Source: an uncultured Actinomycetes bacterium
Lineage (GTDB): Bacteria > Actinomycetota > UBA4738 > JBBDTT01
Direction of reading: 5' to 3'
Assembly (NCBI GenBank): GCA_963742735.1
Contig: CAVUMN010000004.1
Span: forward strand, 1,248,001 to 1,312,000
DNA length: 64,000 bases
The translations under genes were made by a program, and so were the position numbers. The notes beneath the pieces were generated by a model. That model was not told the origin of the DNA and searched no databases. It worked only from the letters and a program-made list of their open reading frames with translations. How positions within the stretch are numbered: position 1 is the first letter of the stretch; each line of letters starts with the position of its first letter. Below are positions 1-9,624 of this stretch, piece by piece.

Positions 1-679
1 AGCGCAGGGCGGCGCTCTCCCACTCGCCGGCGAACACGAACTCGATCTCGGGCTCCTCCGCCAGGGCGAGGAGGGCGGCGTCCACCGACTCGCGGATGCC
101 CTTTCGAACCCGGAGGTTGCTGAGGAACAGGATCGTGGGCCGCGAGGCGCGGGGGACCTCCGGCATCAGGTGGTCCGTGGTCCCGTTCGGCACGACCGCC
201 ACACGGGCGGCGGGCAGGAGGCCGCCGAACATCCATCGCAGGGAGTGGCCGAGGACCGCCAGGGAGTCGAACCCGCGGATCGTGCGCCGAACCGCCGCCC
301 GCCCCAGGGCGGGGCTCGCCGTGTAGAAATCGAGGAACCCGCCCCCCCGAAGGTGGCCGGTGATCGCCCACCCTCGAGCCCGCGCCGCCTCGATCATCAG
401 CCCGTCGCGCACGAAGCCGCCGCTGCTCGCCGACAGCGGGAGGTACACGACGCCGGGCGGCCCGGCCAGCCGGTCCCACAGCTCCCAGATGTGTGCCACG
501 GCCAGGGTCATGTTGCTCGTGTCCCAGCGCGCGATCGTCTCCAGGGGACGGCGATCGCTCGTGTCCAGATGGTCGACGTCGAACCGCTCCCGGAGCAGTG
601 GGTTGGCGAGGACCAGGCTCGTCGACGTGGTGACCCCGTGCACCGGTGGGGGGACCGGCCCGATCACGACGAGTCGCAT
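1..679 (-). CDS. Glycosyltransferase family 4 (partial, runs off window start)
   Basis: Reverse-strand ATG at 679 reads MRLVVIGPVPPPVHGVTTS...PTILFLSNLRVRKGIRESVDAAL...FVFAGEW, a GT-B/GT4 pattern. Read manually; not in the ORF track because it is truncated. Confidence 0.8.
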   Translation of the reverse strand, partial: MRLVVIGPVPPPVHGVTTSTSLVLANPLLRERFDVDHLDTSDRRPLETIARWDTSNMTLAVAHIWELWDRLAGPPGVVYLPLSASSGGFVRDGLMIEAARARGWAITGHLRGGGFLDFYTASPALGRAAVRRTIRGFDSLAVLGHSLRWMFGGLLPAARVAVVPNGTTDHLMPEVPRASRPTILFLSNLRVRKGIRESVDAALLALAEEPEIEFVFAGEWESAALR

Positions 680-690
680 CGGCCGGTCCG

Positions 691-2205
691 TCAGCCCGGG
701 TGCACCGGCTGCGCCAGGGGCTGCAGGCGCGCGCGGAACTCCTTGTGCGCCACGGCGAACAGGAACCAGGCGGTGAACGTCACCCGCGTGGTCTCCAGCC
801 AGTTGTCCAGGAAGCCCATCTGCAGCAACGTCAGGAAGGCGACCATGCTCGCGAGGAGCAACGCGGGAAGTGGGTCACCCGGCCGGGCTCGAGCCATGGC
901 GAACACGGCCATCCGCTGGGACCTCAGGAACGGTCCGACGTACAGGGCGAGGATCAGCACGAGACCCCCCAGTCCCAGCTCCGCGAGCAGGGCGACGTAG
1001 GACGAGAACGGCGTCGCCAGGCCCTCCGAGCCGAAGATCGATCCGGCGGTGGTGAGCTGGGGCAGGACGTATTTCGTGCTCACGTCCGTGGCGTAGCCCT
1101 CGCCCGTCAGGGCCTCGACGTAGGGGCCGGCGACGTCGGCGTGACCTCCGATCTCGTCGACGAGCGAGAACGTCCGCCACGAACGGCTCGAGTAGGCCCC
1201 CCCGCCGGCTCCGGTCAGGACGAGGCGCGGGTCGTCGTTGAACATCTGGCCGACGTTCCGCACCGCGTTCACCTTGCCGGCCACCAGCGCGCCCGGCTCC
1301 TCCCGGATGGCCGAGATGGCCCGGTCGAACCTGAGCAGCGGGAACCGTGAGAGGACGAGGGTGAACATGAGGAACACCGCCGCGACCGCCACCGCGGCGA
1401 CGAGCATCCCCCGACCCCGGGACCGGGCCAGCAGCATGCCCAGCGCCAGGATCGCCACGAACGTGCTGACCAGCAGGGCCCGGTACTGGGCCAGGAAGAT
1501 CACCAGGAGCGTGGCGCCACCGAGCGGGATGGCGAAGCGGGCGGCCCGCCGCCGTGGCTCGAAGGTCGCGATCCCGGCTAGCAGGGCGCCGAACACCAGC
1601 AGGAAGAAGACGAGCTGGTAGGCGTTCTCCCCGAACGTGCCGCTGATCAGGTCGGGATTCTGGTCTCCGGCGAACCGAGGCAGATCGATCACCACGACCA
1701 CCGCGAACTGCAGCATGGCCAGTCCGACGAACGCCTTCGACATGGAGCCGGCCTGCCCGACTGGCCAGATCCGGTACACGACCAGGTACACGACGACCGG
1801 GGAGGCCACCAGGTAGATGAACAACAGCGCGGGCATCGGCGCCACGCGGCTCACGTTGGTCACGAGCGACAGCCCCCACAGGGCGATGAGCGCGATCACG
1901 TACCCGCCGAACGCCGGTCCCGATCGTCCGCGCGATCGCTCGGTGCTCGGGGCGATCACCGACCACAGCACCAGCGCGCCGACGATCGGCACGTCCACGA
2001 AGTTGAAGAACCGGGGGAGGACGTGGACGACCTCCGTGAACAGGCGGATGACCACCAGGGTCACCAGCGAGCCGATCACGAGGTTCCGGGACAGGCGATC
2101 CGTCCCCGTGACCCGAGCCTCGAAGCGGGCCTCCGCCGGCGCACGCTCCGCCGGATCGACGGGTGCGCTGGGCGCGGAGCGGAGCGGCGTGATCCGGGTG
2201 GCCAT
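691..2205 (-). CDS. Multi-pass membrane protein, Wzy polymerase / O-antigen ligase-like
   Basis: 504 aa with about 11-12 hydrophobic segments and a large soluble loop. Contains GTFGEN, GAGGG and 'YVALLAELGLGG' ligase-like motifs; lies among GTs. Confidence 0.7.
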   Translation of the reverse strand: MATRITPLRSAPSAPVDPAERAPAEARFEARVTGTDRLSRNLVIGSLVTLVVIRLFTEVVHVLPRFFNFVDVPIVGALVLWSVIAPSTERSRGRSGPAFGGYVIALIALWGLSLVTNVSRVAPMPALLFIYLVASPVVVYLVVYRIWPVGQAGSMSKAFVGLAMLQFAVVVVIDLPRFAGDQNPDLISGTFGENAYQLVFFLLVFGALLAGIATFEPRRRAARFAIPLGGATLLVIFLAQYRALLVSTFVAILALGMLLARSRGRGMLVAAVAVAAVFLMFTLVLSRFPLLRFDRAISAIREEPGALVAGKVNAVRNVGQMFNDDPRLVLTGAGGGAYSSRSWRTFSLVDEIGGHADVAGPYVEALTGEGYATDVSTKYVLPQLTTAGSIFGSEGLATPFSSYVALLAELGLGGLVLILALYVGPFLRSQRMAVFAMARARPGDPLPALLLASMVAFLTLLQMGFLDNWLETTRVTFTAWFLFAVAHKEFRARLQPLAQPVHPG

Positions 2206-2217
2206 GTTCGGCCAATC

Positions 2218-3792
2218 CTAGAGAACGTCGCGCGCGGCGCGGGGGTTTCGCCCGGGCTGTGCCCCGGACGCCAGCCCCAGCCGGATCGCGGCCATCCACG
2301 CGTCCACGGAATGCTCCAGGGTCCACCGGCGTCTCACGGTCGCCGCGGCCGCCTCCCCCAGGCGCGCCCGCTCCGCCGGGTCGGCCAGACGCTCGAAGGC
2401 GCTCGCCCACGCGTCGGGGTCGGGATCGCCGACCACGAGCGCGTTGTGCCCGTCGACGCACAGGTCCGAGGCGGCGCCGGGCCGGTTCGAGGTCGCCGTG
2501 GCCAGCCCGGCCCCCATCGCCTCGAGCAGGACGAGCCCGAACACGTCGACCCCCGACGGAAAGGCGAACGCGTCGGCGCGGGCGTACGCCTGGTGGATCC
2601 GGTCCGAGGGGACCGGTCCCAGCAGGCGAACGCGATCGCCCAGCGGCTCGGCGAGGGCGCGCAGGGCCTCCAGCCCGGCCCCCCCGCCGGCGACGGTCAG
2701 CCGCACCTCGAGGGACGGTCGCGCGGCCAGGGCGCGGATCAGCAGGTCCACGTGCTTCCCCGGCGTGGACAGGTCGGCGATGGTGAGGACCTCCAGCGGT
2801 CCGTCCGGTGTCGCCCGAGGGGGCCCGGGGGCGGGAATCGGCGCCGCGTTGCGAACGATCGCCACCGGGAGCCCCGGGTTGAGTGCGGCGAGGTAGTCGG
2901 CCGCCTCGATGCCGTAGGCCGCCCCGAACGCCGCGCTCGACAGCAGCCGCCGGCGCCCGCGCTCGCCCACGCCGGGGTTGCGAGCCGTGGAGCGAGACGT
3001 GGCGCCGCTCCAGATGCCCACCGGGATCCGCCGTCGCCGGCCGAAGCGGAGGACCCTCCCGGCCACCAGCGGCGAGAGCGATCCCGCGATCATCAGGGTG
3101 GGGGCGAAGGCCCCAAGCGCGCGTTCCAGGTCCAGGGAGACGAACAGCTTGCGAGCGGGCGACAGGGGGACGCCCAGGCTGCGCAGGAACACGTGGTCGA
3201 ACCGCAGCTCGCCGGGGCGCATCCACGCTCGCCGCCGGTAGGTCCGGGCCAGGAAGAGGACCCGGAGGTGCGCGCCGTCGGCGTCCAGCCGTGCGGACAG
3301 GGCCTCGAACAGCGGGACGCGGTAGTGGGCCGGGATGTTCGTGACGACCGCCAGCCGAGCGCCGGCGAGGTCGGCGTCGCCGGCCACCGCCGCGGGGGGC
3401 TGCGGCGGGTCGCCGGCGGCCCACAGGGCCTCGACCAGGCCCGCGAACGTGGCCCGCTCGAGCCCGGAGCCCTCGGGGTCGGCCCCCAGGACCAGCCCGG
3501 GCCCGCCCCCGGGACGCAGCAGGGCCGCCCGCAGGTTGGACGCGGACGGGTAGACCGCGACGGCGTCCCCGATCGACGGTTCCCCCTGGAGGAACCGAAC
3601 TCGCTCGCCCAGGCCGAAGGCGCGGACCAGGGCCTCCAGCCGCGGGCGATCCGGCCCGTCTCCCCAGAGGTCGAGCGTGGTGGCCGCGGGGGCCTGGGCG
3701 AGCGCGTGAACGAGGACGTCGAGCCGCTCTTCGGGCGCGAACGTCGCCGAGGACGCCACCAGCCGGCGGTACGGCGCCGCGGGCGGCTTCAC
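2218..3792 (-). CDS. Glycosyltransferase family 4 with an extra N-terminal partial GT lobe
   Basis: C-terminal ~390 aa has TNIPAHYR...ADAFAFPSGVDVFGLVLLEAMGAG. N-terminal ~130 aa resembles a second, degenerate GT4 C-lobe (GDGPDRPRLEALV...VRFL). Confidence 0.8.
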   Translation of the reverse strand: MKPPAAPYRRLVASSATFAPEERLDVLVHALAQAPAATTLDLWGDGPDRPRLEALVRAFGLGERVRFLQGEPSIGDAVAVYPSASNLRAALLRPGGGPGLVLGADPEGSGLERATFAGLVEALWAAGDPPQPPAAVAGDADLAGARLAVVTNIPAHYRVPLFEALSARLDADGAHLRVLFLARTYRRRAWMRPGELRFDHVFLRSLGVPLSPARKLFVSLDLERALGAFAPTLMIAGSLSPLVAGRVLRFGRRRRIPVGIWSGATSRSTARNPGVGERGRRRLLSSAAFGAAYGIEAADYLAALNPGLPVAIVRNAAPIPAPGPPRATPDGPLEVLTIADLSTPGKHVDLLIRALAARPSLEVRLTVAGGGAGLEALRALAEPLGDRVRLLGPVPSDRIHQAYARADAFAFPSGVDVFGLVLLEAMGAGLATATSNRPGAASDLCVDGHNALVVGDPDPDAWASAFERLADPAERARLGEAAAATVRRRWTLEHSVDAWMAAIRLGLASGAQPGRNPRAARDVL

Positions 3793-3799
3793 GCCCGCG

Positions 3800-5389
3800 C
3801 TAGGGGGCGCGACGCAGCGCCCGCTGCAGGGCGCCGGCGACCCGGTCCTGCTCGTCCGCGGTCATCTGTGGATGGAGCGGGAGCGACAGGATCTCCCCGG
3901 CCAGGCGCTCGGTGACGTCCACCGGACGCGGGACCTTCACGCGCCCGGCGTGGGCGGGCTGCAGATGGATCGGCGTCGGGTAGTGGATGCCGGTCTCGAT
4001 GCCCTCGGCGGCCAGCGCCGCGCGGACGTCGTCCCGGTTCGCCACGCGGATCACGAACAGGTGGTAGGCGTGCCGCGCCCAGGGAGCCTCGGCCGGCAGG
4101 GTCACCGGCAGCTCCGCCAGCCGTTCGCGATAACCCTCGGCCAGGCGCCGTCGCCGCTCGACCCAGTCGGCCAGGTGCGGGAGCTTGGCCCGCAGGATCG
4201 CCGCCTGCAGCGCGTCCAGCCGGCTGTTCAGCGCGATCTCGACGTGCGCTCCGCGGCCGTCGCGGCCGAGGTCGCGCAGGACGCGCATCCGGTCGATCAG
4301 CTCGGGCTCGCCGACCACCGCCCCGGCGTCGCCGTAGGCGCCGAGGTTCTTCGAGGGGTAGAAGCTGAACGCCGCGGCGGTGCCCCACGCGCCGGCCGGA
4401 CGGCCGTGGCCGAGGGCGCCGTGGGCCTGCGCGGCGTCCTCGAGGACCGCGACGCCTCGCGCGGCGGTGAGCTCGAGGAGCTCGGGCATCGGGGCGGGGT
4501 GCCCGTACAGGTGCACCGGGATGATCGCCCGGGTCGCGGACGTCAGCAGCGGCTCGACCTGCGCAGCCATGAGCACGTGCAGCTCCGGGTCGACGTCGGC
4601 GACGACGGGGATGGCGCCCACCCCCTCGACCGCCATGGCGGTCGCCGTGAACGTGTTCGCCGGAAGGATGACCTCGTCACCCGGCCCGATCCCGAAGCCC
4701 GCCAAGGCCAGCCGGAGCGCGTCGGTCCCCGAGCCGACCGCGGCGACCGCCCGTCCGGCCACGGCCGCGCCGAACTCGGCTTCGAACGCCTCGACCTCCG
4801 GGCCGCCGATGAACCGGCCCGAGCGGACGACGCGGCCGATGGCGTCCTCGACCTCACGGCCGACCTCGCCGTGCTCCGCGCGTGGGTCGAAGAGCGTGAT
4901 CCCCTCCGAGGTCTCGGGCGGGTTGAGCCGGCGGGCCGGGTTCCCGGCCACGGTCGTATCGGGCGAGACGTCGCGGGTGACGACCGCCCCGGCGCCGACC
5001 ATTGCGCCGGCGCCGATGGTGACACCGGGCAGGATCACCGCGCCGCTTCCGATGGACGCGCGGGACTCGACCACCGCCGGCTCCAGGACCCAGTCGCCGG
5101 GGCCCTTCGTCTCTCCGGACCCGGTGGTCGCGGCCGGCCGCCGGTCGTTCGTGAAGCTGACGTGATGGCCGACGAACACCTCGTCGCCGATGGTGGTCCC
5201 CGCACAGACGAACGTGTGCGACTCGATCTTGCAGCGCTTGCCGATCCGGACGTCCTCCTGCACCTCGACGAACGTCCCGATCAACGTCTCGTCGCCGATC
5301 GAGCAGCCGTACAGGTTGACGAAGTCCATGATCCGGACGTCGCGACCGAGCTCCACGTCGCGGAGCCGCTGCGTCGGGTTCCCGGTCAT
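3800..5389 (-). CDS. Fused hexapeptide-repeat N-acetyltransferase (WbpD/WlbB-like) + DegT/DnrJ/EryC1/StrS aminotransferase (WbpE/WlbC-like)
   Basis: Residues ~1-155 carry left-handed beta-helix repeats (VNLYGCSIGD, IGSGAVILPGVTIG, VAGNPAR). The remainder has VHLYG, EDAAQAHG and SFYPSKNLGAYGDAG (PLP lysine). Confidence 0.88.
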   Translation of the reverse strand: MTGNPTQRLRDVELGRDVRIMDFVNLYGCSIGDETLIGTFVEVQEDVRIGKRCKIESHTFVCAGTTIGDEVFVGHHVSFTNDRRPAATTGSGETKGPGDWVLEPAVVESRASIGSGAVILPGVTIGAGAMVGAGAVVTRDVSPDTTVAGNPARRLNPPETSEGITLFDPRAEHGEVGREVEDAIGRVVRSGRFIGGPEVEAFEAEFGAAVAGRAVAAVGSGTDALRLALAGFGIGPGDEVILPANTFTATAMAVEGVGAIPVVADVDPELHVLMAAQVEPLLTSATRAIIPVHLYGHPAPMPELLELTAARGVAVLEDAAQAHGALGHGRPAGAWGTAAAFSFYPSKNLGAYGDAGAVVGEPELIDRMRVLRDLGRDGRGAHVEIALNSRLDALQAAILRAKLPHLADWVERRRRLAEGYRERLAELPVTLPAEAPWARHAYHLFVIRVANRDDVRAALAAEGIETGIHYPTPIHLQPAHAGRVKVPRPVDVTERLAGEILSLPLHPQMTADEQDRVAGALQRALRRAP

Positions 5390-6408
5390 CGGGCGCCCAC
5401 GGAGTCCGCGACCTGCGCCAGCTCGCCCGAGGCCAGCGAACGCCGGGCCGCGTCGAGCACGGCGAGGACCCGGACGCCGAACCCCCAGTCGGTGTCCGGC
5501 GCGGACCCCCCGGCGGCGGCGGCCACGAACGCCGAGGCCACGCCCCGCAGGGGCTCCTCGGCCGGGAGCCGGGGGACCGTGACGTCGCCCAGGCGAAACG
5601 TCGGCACGATCGAGTCCTCCCGGTCCGGGTCGAACTGCTCCTCGAGGGGGTACACCCGGATCTTCTCGTCGGGGTCCACGTCGTTGTACAGGGCCATGCC
5701 CTCTCGTCCCGCGAGCAGTGCGGTCCGGACCTTGATCGGAGCGAGCCAGGACACGTGGATGAACGCCTGGAACCCGTCGGCGTAGTTGAGGGTGACGTGG
5801 GCCGTGTCAACCGTCCCCCCATCGCGCCCGCGGCCGGTGGCCAGGACCGTCACCGGGTCCCGCCCGAGCACATGCGCCAGGATCGCGACGTCGTGGACGA
5901 CCAGATCCCACACGACGTCGACGTCCGGCTGGAAACGGCCGAGGTTGATGCGCGTGGACTGGTAGTAGTGCGGCTCGCCCAGGCGGCCCTCCTGGACGAG
6001 GGACCGCAGGTACCGCACGGGCGGGCTGTACACGAACGTGAAGTCCACCATGCGGATCCGGTCGCTCCGCTCCGCGGCCTCGGCCATCCGCCGCCCCGCG
6101 TCCAGGGAGTCGGCCATCGGCTTCTCGACCATGACGTGCTTCCCGTTGGCCAGGGCCTCCAGCGCCAGGTCGGGCAGCAGCGCCGCCGGGAGGGCGAGGA
6201 CCACGGCGTCGACCGCGGGGTCCGCGATCAGCGCCTCGGCCGAGGCGTGGGTTCGCAGGTCCGGGTACATCCGGGCGGGCTCGGCCAGGCGGCCGGGATC
6301 CGCGTCGGCGATGGCCGTCACCCGGCACGCCTCGATCGAGCGGAAGTTGCGAAGGAGGTTCGGGCCCCAGTACCCGAGGCCGGCGATGCCGACGCCGAGG
6401 GCGCTCAC
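5386..6408 (-). CDS. Gfo/Idh/MocA family oxidoreductase (WbpB/WlbA-like sugar 3-dehydrogenase)
   Basis: GLGYWG Rossmann motif, HVMVEKP and WDLVVHD. Start placed at GTG 6408, just before the Rossmann strand. ATGA overlap with the downstream gene. Confidence 0.85.
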   Translation of the reverse strand: MSALGVGIAGLGYWGPNLLRNFRSIEACRVTAIADADPGRLAEPARMYPDLRTHASAEALIADPAVDAVVLALPAALLPDLALEALANGKHVMVEKPMADSLDAGRRMAEAAERSDRIRMVDFTFVYSPPVRYLRSLVQEGRLGEPHYYQSTRINLGRFQPDVDVVWDLVVHDVAILAHVLGRDPVTVLATGRGRDGGTVDTAHVTLNYADGFQAFIHVSWLAPIKVRTALLAGREGMALYNDVDPDEKIRVYPLEEQFDPDREDSIVPTFRLGDVTVPRLPAEEPLRGVASAFVAAAAGGSAPDTDWGFGVRVLAVLDAARRSLASGELAQVADSVGAR

Positions 6409-6493
6409 GGTCCTGCGGGAGGCCGCATAGTCCTCAAACGGTACTCGACGGACCTGGGGACCGCTATCGTCCTGGCCGACCAAGGAGGCGGCG

Positions 6494-7216
6494 ATCGAAC
6501 GCGAGGAATCGTGGGACGAGCTCCGAAACGTCAACCCCGAGCATCCCGCGCAGGACGTCGGCGGGTCGCGGCGGTTCCGGCCGGGCCTGTTCCGGTTCGT
6601 GGTGGCGGGCGGCCTGGTGCCGCCGGCGCGGGATGACGCCCGGGCCCTCGACGTGGGCGGCGGCATGGCCGAGTTCGCGGAGGTCCTCCGCTCGAAGGGC
6701 TACGCCACCGAGCTCACCGATCTCAGCGCCGCCAACGTCGCCAACGCCGGGGCGCGCGGGTTCACGGCTCACCGCATCGACCTCAACGAGGGGCTGCCCG
6801 GGCTCGAGGACGACGCCTACGACGTCGTCGGCATGCTCGAGATCATCGAGCACGTGGTCGCGTCGGAGCGCCTGCTCGCCGAGGCCGCACGCGTCCTGCG
6901 TCCCGGCGGACTGCTCGTGCTGAGCACGCCGAACTACGGCTTCGTGCAGGAGCGCCTGCAGACCCTGGCGGGTCGTCCGCCCATCGCGGAGGGCTACCAC
7001 TACCGCTTCTTCACGATCCGGTCGATGCGCGAGCAGCTCGCCCGGGCCGGCCTGCGCGTCGTGTCCGAGCGCTTCAGCTCGCCGGCCATCGGCGCGAACG
7101 TCGTGCGCCGCCGCCTGCTGCGCAAGACCGACCGGAAGCACGTGATGATCCCCGGCGGCCTCGCGCCGGCCCTGGCCCAGACGATGTACTTCCTGGCCCG
7201 CAAGCCCCTCAGCTGA
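6494..7216 (+). CDS. Class I SAM-dependent methyltransferase (start uncertain: ATC 6494 or GTG 6599)
   Basis: ALDVGGG motif I, IEHV, VLRPGGLLVLSTPN. The frame is open upstream to an AAGGAGG SD 5 nt before ATC 6494. Confidence 0.8.
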   Translation: MEREESWDELRNVNPEHPAQDVGGSRRFRPGLFRFVVAGGLVPPARDDARALDVGGGMAEFAEVLRSKGYATELTDLSAANVANAGARGFTAHRIDLNEGLPGLEDDAYDVVGMLEIIEHVVASERLLAEAARVLRPGGLLVLSTPNYGFVQERLQTLAGRPPIAEGYHYRFFTIRSMREQLARAGLRVVSERFSSPAIGANVVRRRLLRKTDRKHVMIPGGLAPALAQTMYFLARKPLS

Positions 7217-8411
7217 GCGGGGGGAGGGCGTCGATGAACTCCAGGACTCGCCGCGCCCGGGCGTCCCAGGCGTGCTCGGCGGCGCGGAGCCGTCCCGCCT
7301 TCCCGAGCGCCGCCGCCCGAGCGGGATCGGCGAGCAGCCCGGCCAGGGCCTCGGCCAGCAGCTCGGGGCGCTCCGGAGGGACGAGCACGCCCACGTCGGG
7401 GGTGACGATCTCCCGGGTCGAGCGGTAGTCGGCGGCCACGACCGGGTTCCCACTGGCGAGGTACTCGAAGAGCTTCGCCGGCGACCGGTAGTCGTTGAAC
7501 GCGATCTCCTTCGGGTAGTACATGACGAGCGCGTCGGCGGCGAGCTGATAGCCGTGCACCTCGGACGGCGCCACGAACCCGGTGAACCGGACGTTGGCCG
7601 GGCCGTCCGCCGCGACGCCGGCCCGGAGGGCGGCGACCTGATCCTCGCGGCCGCCGACGATCACCACGGAGACCTGCTCGGGCAGCCGGCGGGCGGTCTC
7701 CAGGAGCAGGTGCACCTCGCGGTAGTCCCGGTGGACCTTCCCGGTGTAGACGACGAGCGGGCCCTCCGGCAGGCCCAGGTCGCGGCGAAGGGTCTCGCGC
7801 GGCGCGCGGGCCGCGTCGATGCGCGCAAGGTCCACCCCGGTATGGGCCACCAGCACCCGGGCGGGATCGACGCCCGTCCGCTCGACCATGTCGTCCGCCA
7901 GGGCCTGGCTGATGCACACGATCCCGTCGAGCCGCCGCATCCGGCGGCGCTGCCCCGCGTCGACCGGCGTGTGGACCTCCAGGACGAGCCGGGCCCGGCC
8001 GCCGAGGAGCCGGCGGGCGAGCGACAGCGGCATCGCCGTCCGCGCGTTGCGGAAGTAGAACGTGGCCGGCCCGCCCCGCAGGCGCCGGCCCGCCGCGGCC
8101 TGCCACACCGAGTACCCGGAGTAGCTCGCGAACCGTTGGACGGTGACGGCACGGTCGGAGCTGTCCTGGCGCAGGAGCGTGGGCAGCGTCCGGAGGCGGA
8201 AGCGGGGCTCGACCCCGTAGACCTCCCACACGCTTCGGGTTCGGGTCGGCTCGTCGAACTCGAGGCGCACGTTCAGGGCGACGAGCTCGACGTCGGCGCC
8301 GGTCTTCGCCACGGCCTCGCAGAACCGCATGATGCACTGGCGGGCGACCCGAGGGATGAGGACGTCCCTGGGGGCGAAGTAGGTGAACGTCGATGGGGCC
8401 GTTGGGGGCAT
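7209..8411 (-). CDS. Glycosyltransferase family 4
   Basis: VYTGKV, FTGFVAP, AADALV and SPAKLFEYLASGNPVV GT4 motifs. Confidence 0.88.
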   Translation of the reverse strand: MPPTAPSTFTYFAPRDVLIPRVARQCIMRFCEAVAKTGADVELVALNVRLEFDEPTRTRSVWEVYGVEPRFRLRTLPTLLRQDSSDRAVTVQRFASYSGYSVWQAAAGRRLRGGPATFYFRNARTAMPLSLARRLLGGRARLVLEVHTPVDAGQRRRMRRLDGIVCISQALADDMVERTGVDPARVLVAHTGVDLARIDAARAPRETLRRDLGLPEGPLVVYTGKVHRDYREVHLLLETARRLPEQVSVVIVGGREDQVAALRAGVAADGPANVRFTGFVAPSEVHGYQLAADALVMYYPKEIAFNDYRSPAKLFEYLASGNPVVAADYRSTREIVTPDVGVLVPPERPELLAEALAGLLADPARAAALGKAGRLRAAEHAWDARARRVLEFIDALPPLS

Positions 8412-8490
8412 CGCCTATCCTCAGTCGTCCGCCGTTCGATCGGGGCGCTTTCGTGCCGGACCCAATCGCGCTGTTCGAATCTACCGCCCC

Positions 8491-9624
8491 ATGAGGGTCC
8501 TGCACTGCCTGTGGTCCGCCGAGGTGGGCGGCGCCGAGCGCGCCCTGTGGCAGTTGGTGGCCGCGCAGCGCCAAGGCCCCGGGGTGGAGCCGGGGGTGCT
8601 CCTCGGCCGGGGCGGCGGCCCGTACGTCGATCGGATCCGCGAGACCGGCGTCCCGGTGGTCGAGCTCGGCGCGCGGTCGGCCCTGGACCCTCGGCTGTTC
8701 GGCCGTGCTCGCCGGGCGATGCGCGGCTGGGAGATCCACCACTTCCACGCGATGGAGCCGGGCCTGATCGCGGCGAGCCTGGCCACCCCCGGCGCGGCGC
8801 GCGTCTTCACCAACCGGGGGGGTACCGCTCCGGAGGACTGGTCCCGCCGGCAGCGCCTCCGCCACCGCGCCGGCGGCCGCATGCTCCGGCGGTTCGACGG
8901 CCTGTCGGCCAACACACGCCACGCGGCGAACGTGGCCGCCCGCCGGTACGGGCTCCGGCCGGAGTCGTTCGTCCTCACCCCGAACGGCATCGACTTCGAC
9001 GCCCTCGAGGTGCGCCGTCCGCGCGAGGAGATCCTCCGCGGGCTGGGGATCGATCCCGCCGGCTTCGTGGTCGGAACCACCGCCGTGCTGCGCCCGCTCA
9101 AGCGCGTCGAGCTTCTCCTGCGGGCGGCGGCGCAGGTCACGGAGGTTCCCTGGACGGTGCTCGTCGTCGGGGACGGGCCGGACCGGGTACGCCTGGAGGC
9201 CGAGGCGGCGCGTCTGGGGATCGCCGAGCGGATGCGGGTCACCGGCACCCTGGAGCGCGTGGCGGACCACGTGGCGGCGATGGACCTGTTCGCGATGACC
9301 TCGGGTGCGCGCGAGTCCTTCGGCAACGCCCTGGTGGAGGCCATGGCCCTCGGCGTCCCCGGCGCGGTCTTCGCGGACTGTCCCGGGGCCCTTGAGCACG
9401 TCCTCGACGGTGAGACGGGGCTGGTCGTGCGCGGCGTTGAGGGTCTGGCCGAGGCGATCAAGGTGATGTCCGCCGACCCCGATCGGAGACGAACGCTGGG
9501 GGAGGCCGCATCCGCCTCGGTTCGTGCGCGGTACTCGATCGAGCGGATGCTGGCCGCGTACCGCGCGCTCTACGAGGACGGCCGCGGGACCCTCGCCCGG
9601 CGGGACGAGCGGAACCGAAGGTGA
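8491..9624 (+). CDS. Glycosyltransferase family 4
   Basis: MRVLHCL...GGAER, PNGID, KRVELL, GDGPDR, ESFGNALVEAMALG (EX7E). Start ATG 8491. Confidence 0.9.
   Translation: MRVLHCLWSAEVGGAERALWQLVAAQRQGPGVEPGVLLGRGGGPYVDRIRETGVPVVELGARSALDPRLFGRARRAMRGWEIHHFHAMEPGLIAASLATPGAARVFTNRGGTAPEDWSRRQRLRHRAGGRMLRRFDGLSANTRHAANVAARRYGLRPESFVLTPNGIDFDALEVRRPREEILRGLGIDPAGFVVGTTAVLRPLKRVELLLRAAAQVTEVPWTVLVVGDGPDRVRLEAEAARLGIAERMRVTGTLERVADHVAAMDLFAMTSGARESFGNALVEAMALGVPGAVFADCPGALEHVLDGETGLVVRGVEGLAEAIKVMSADPDRRRTLGEAASASVRARYSIERMLAAYRALYEDGRGTLARRDERNRR

Noticed and set aside
5386-6666. ORF-track starts for several genes (e.g. 6666, 8383, 10796, 14776, 21793, 26104, 47797, 51819)
   Set aside because: Upstream extensions are low-complexity and overlap other genes; starts were reassigned using family motifs, SD position and stop/start overlaps.
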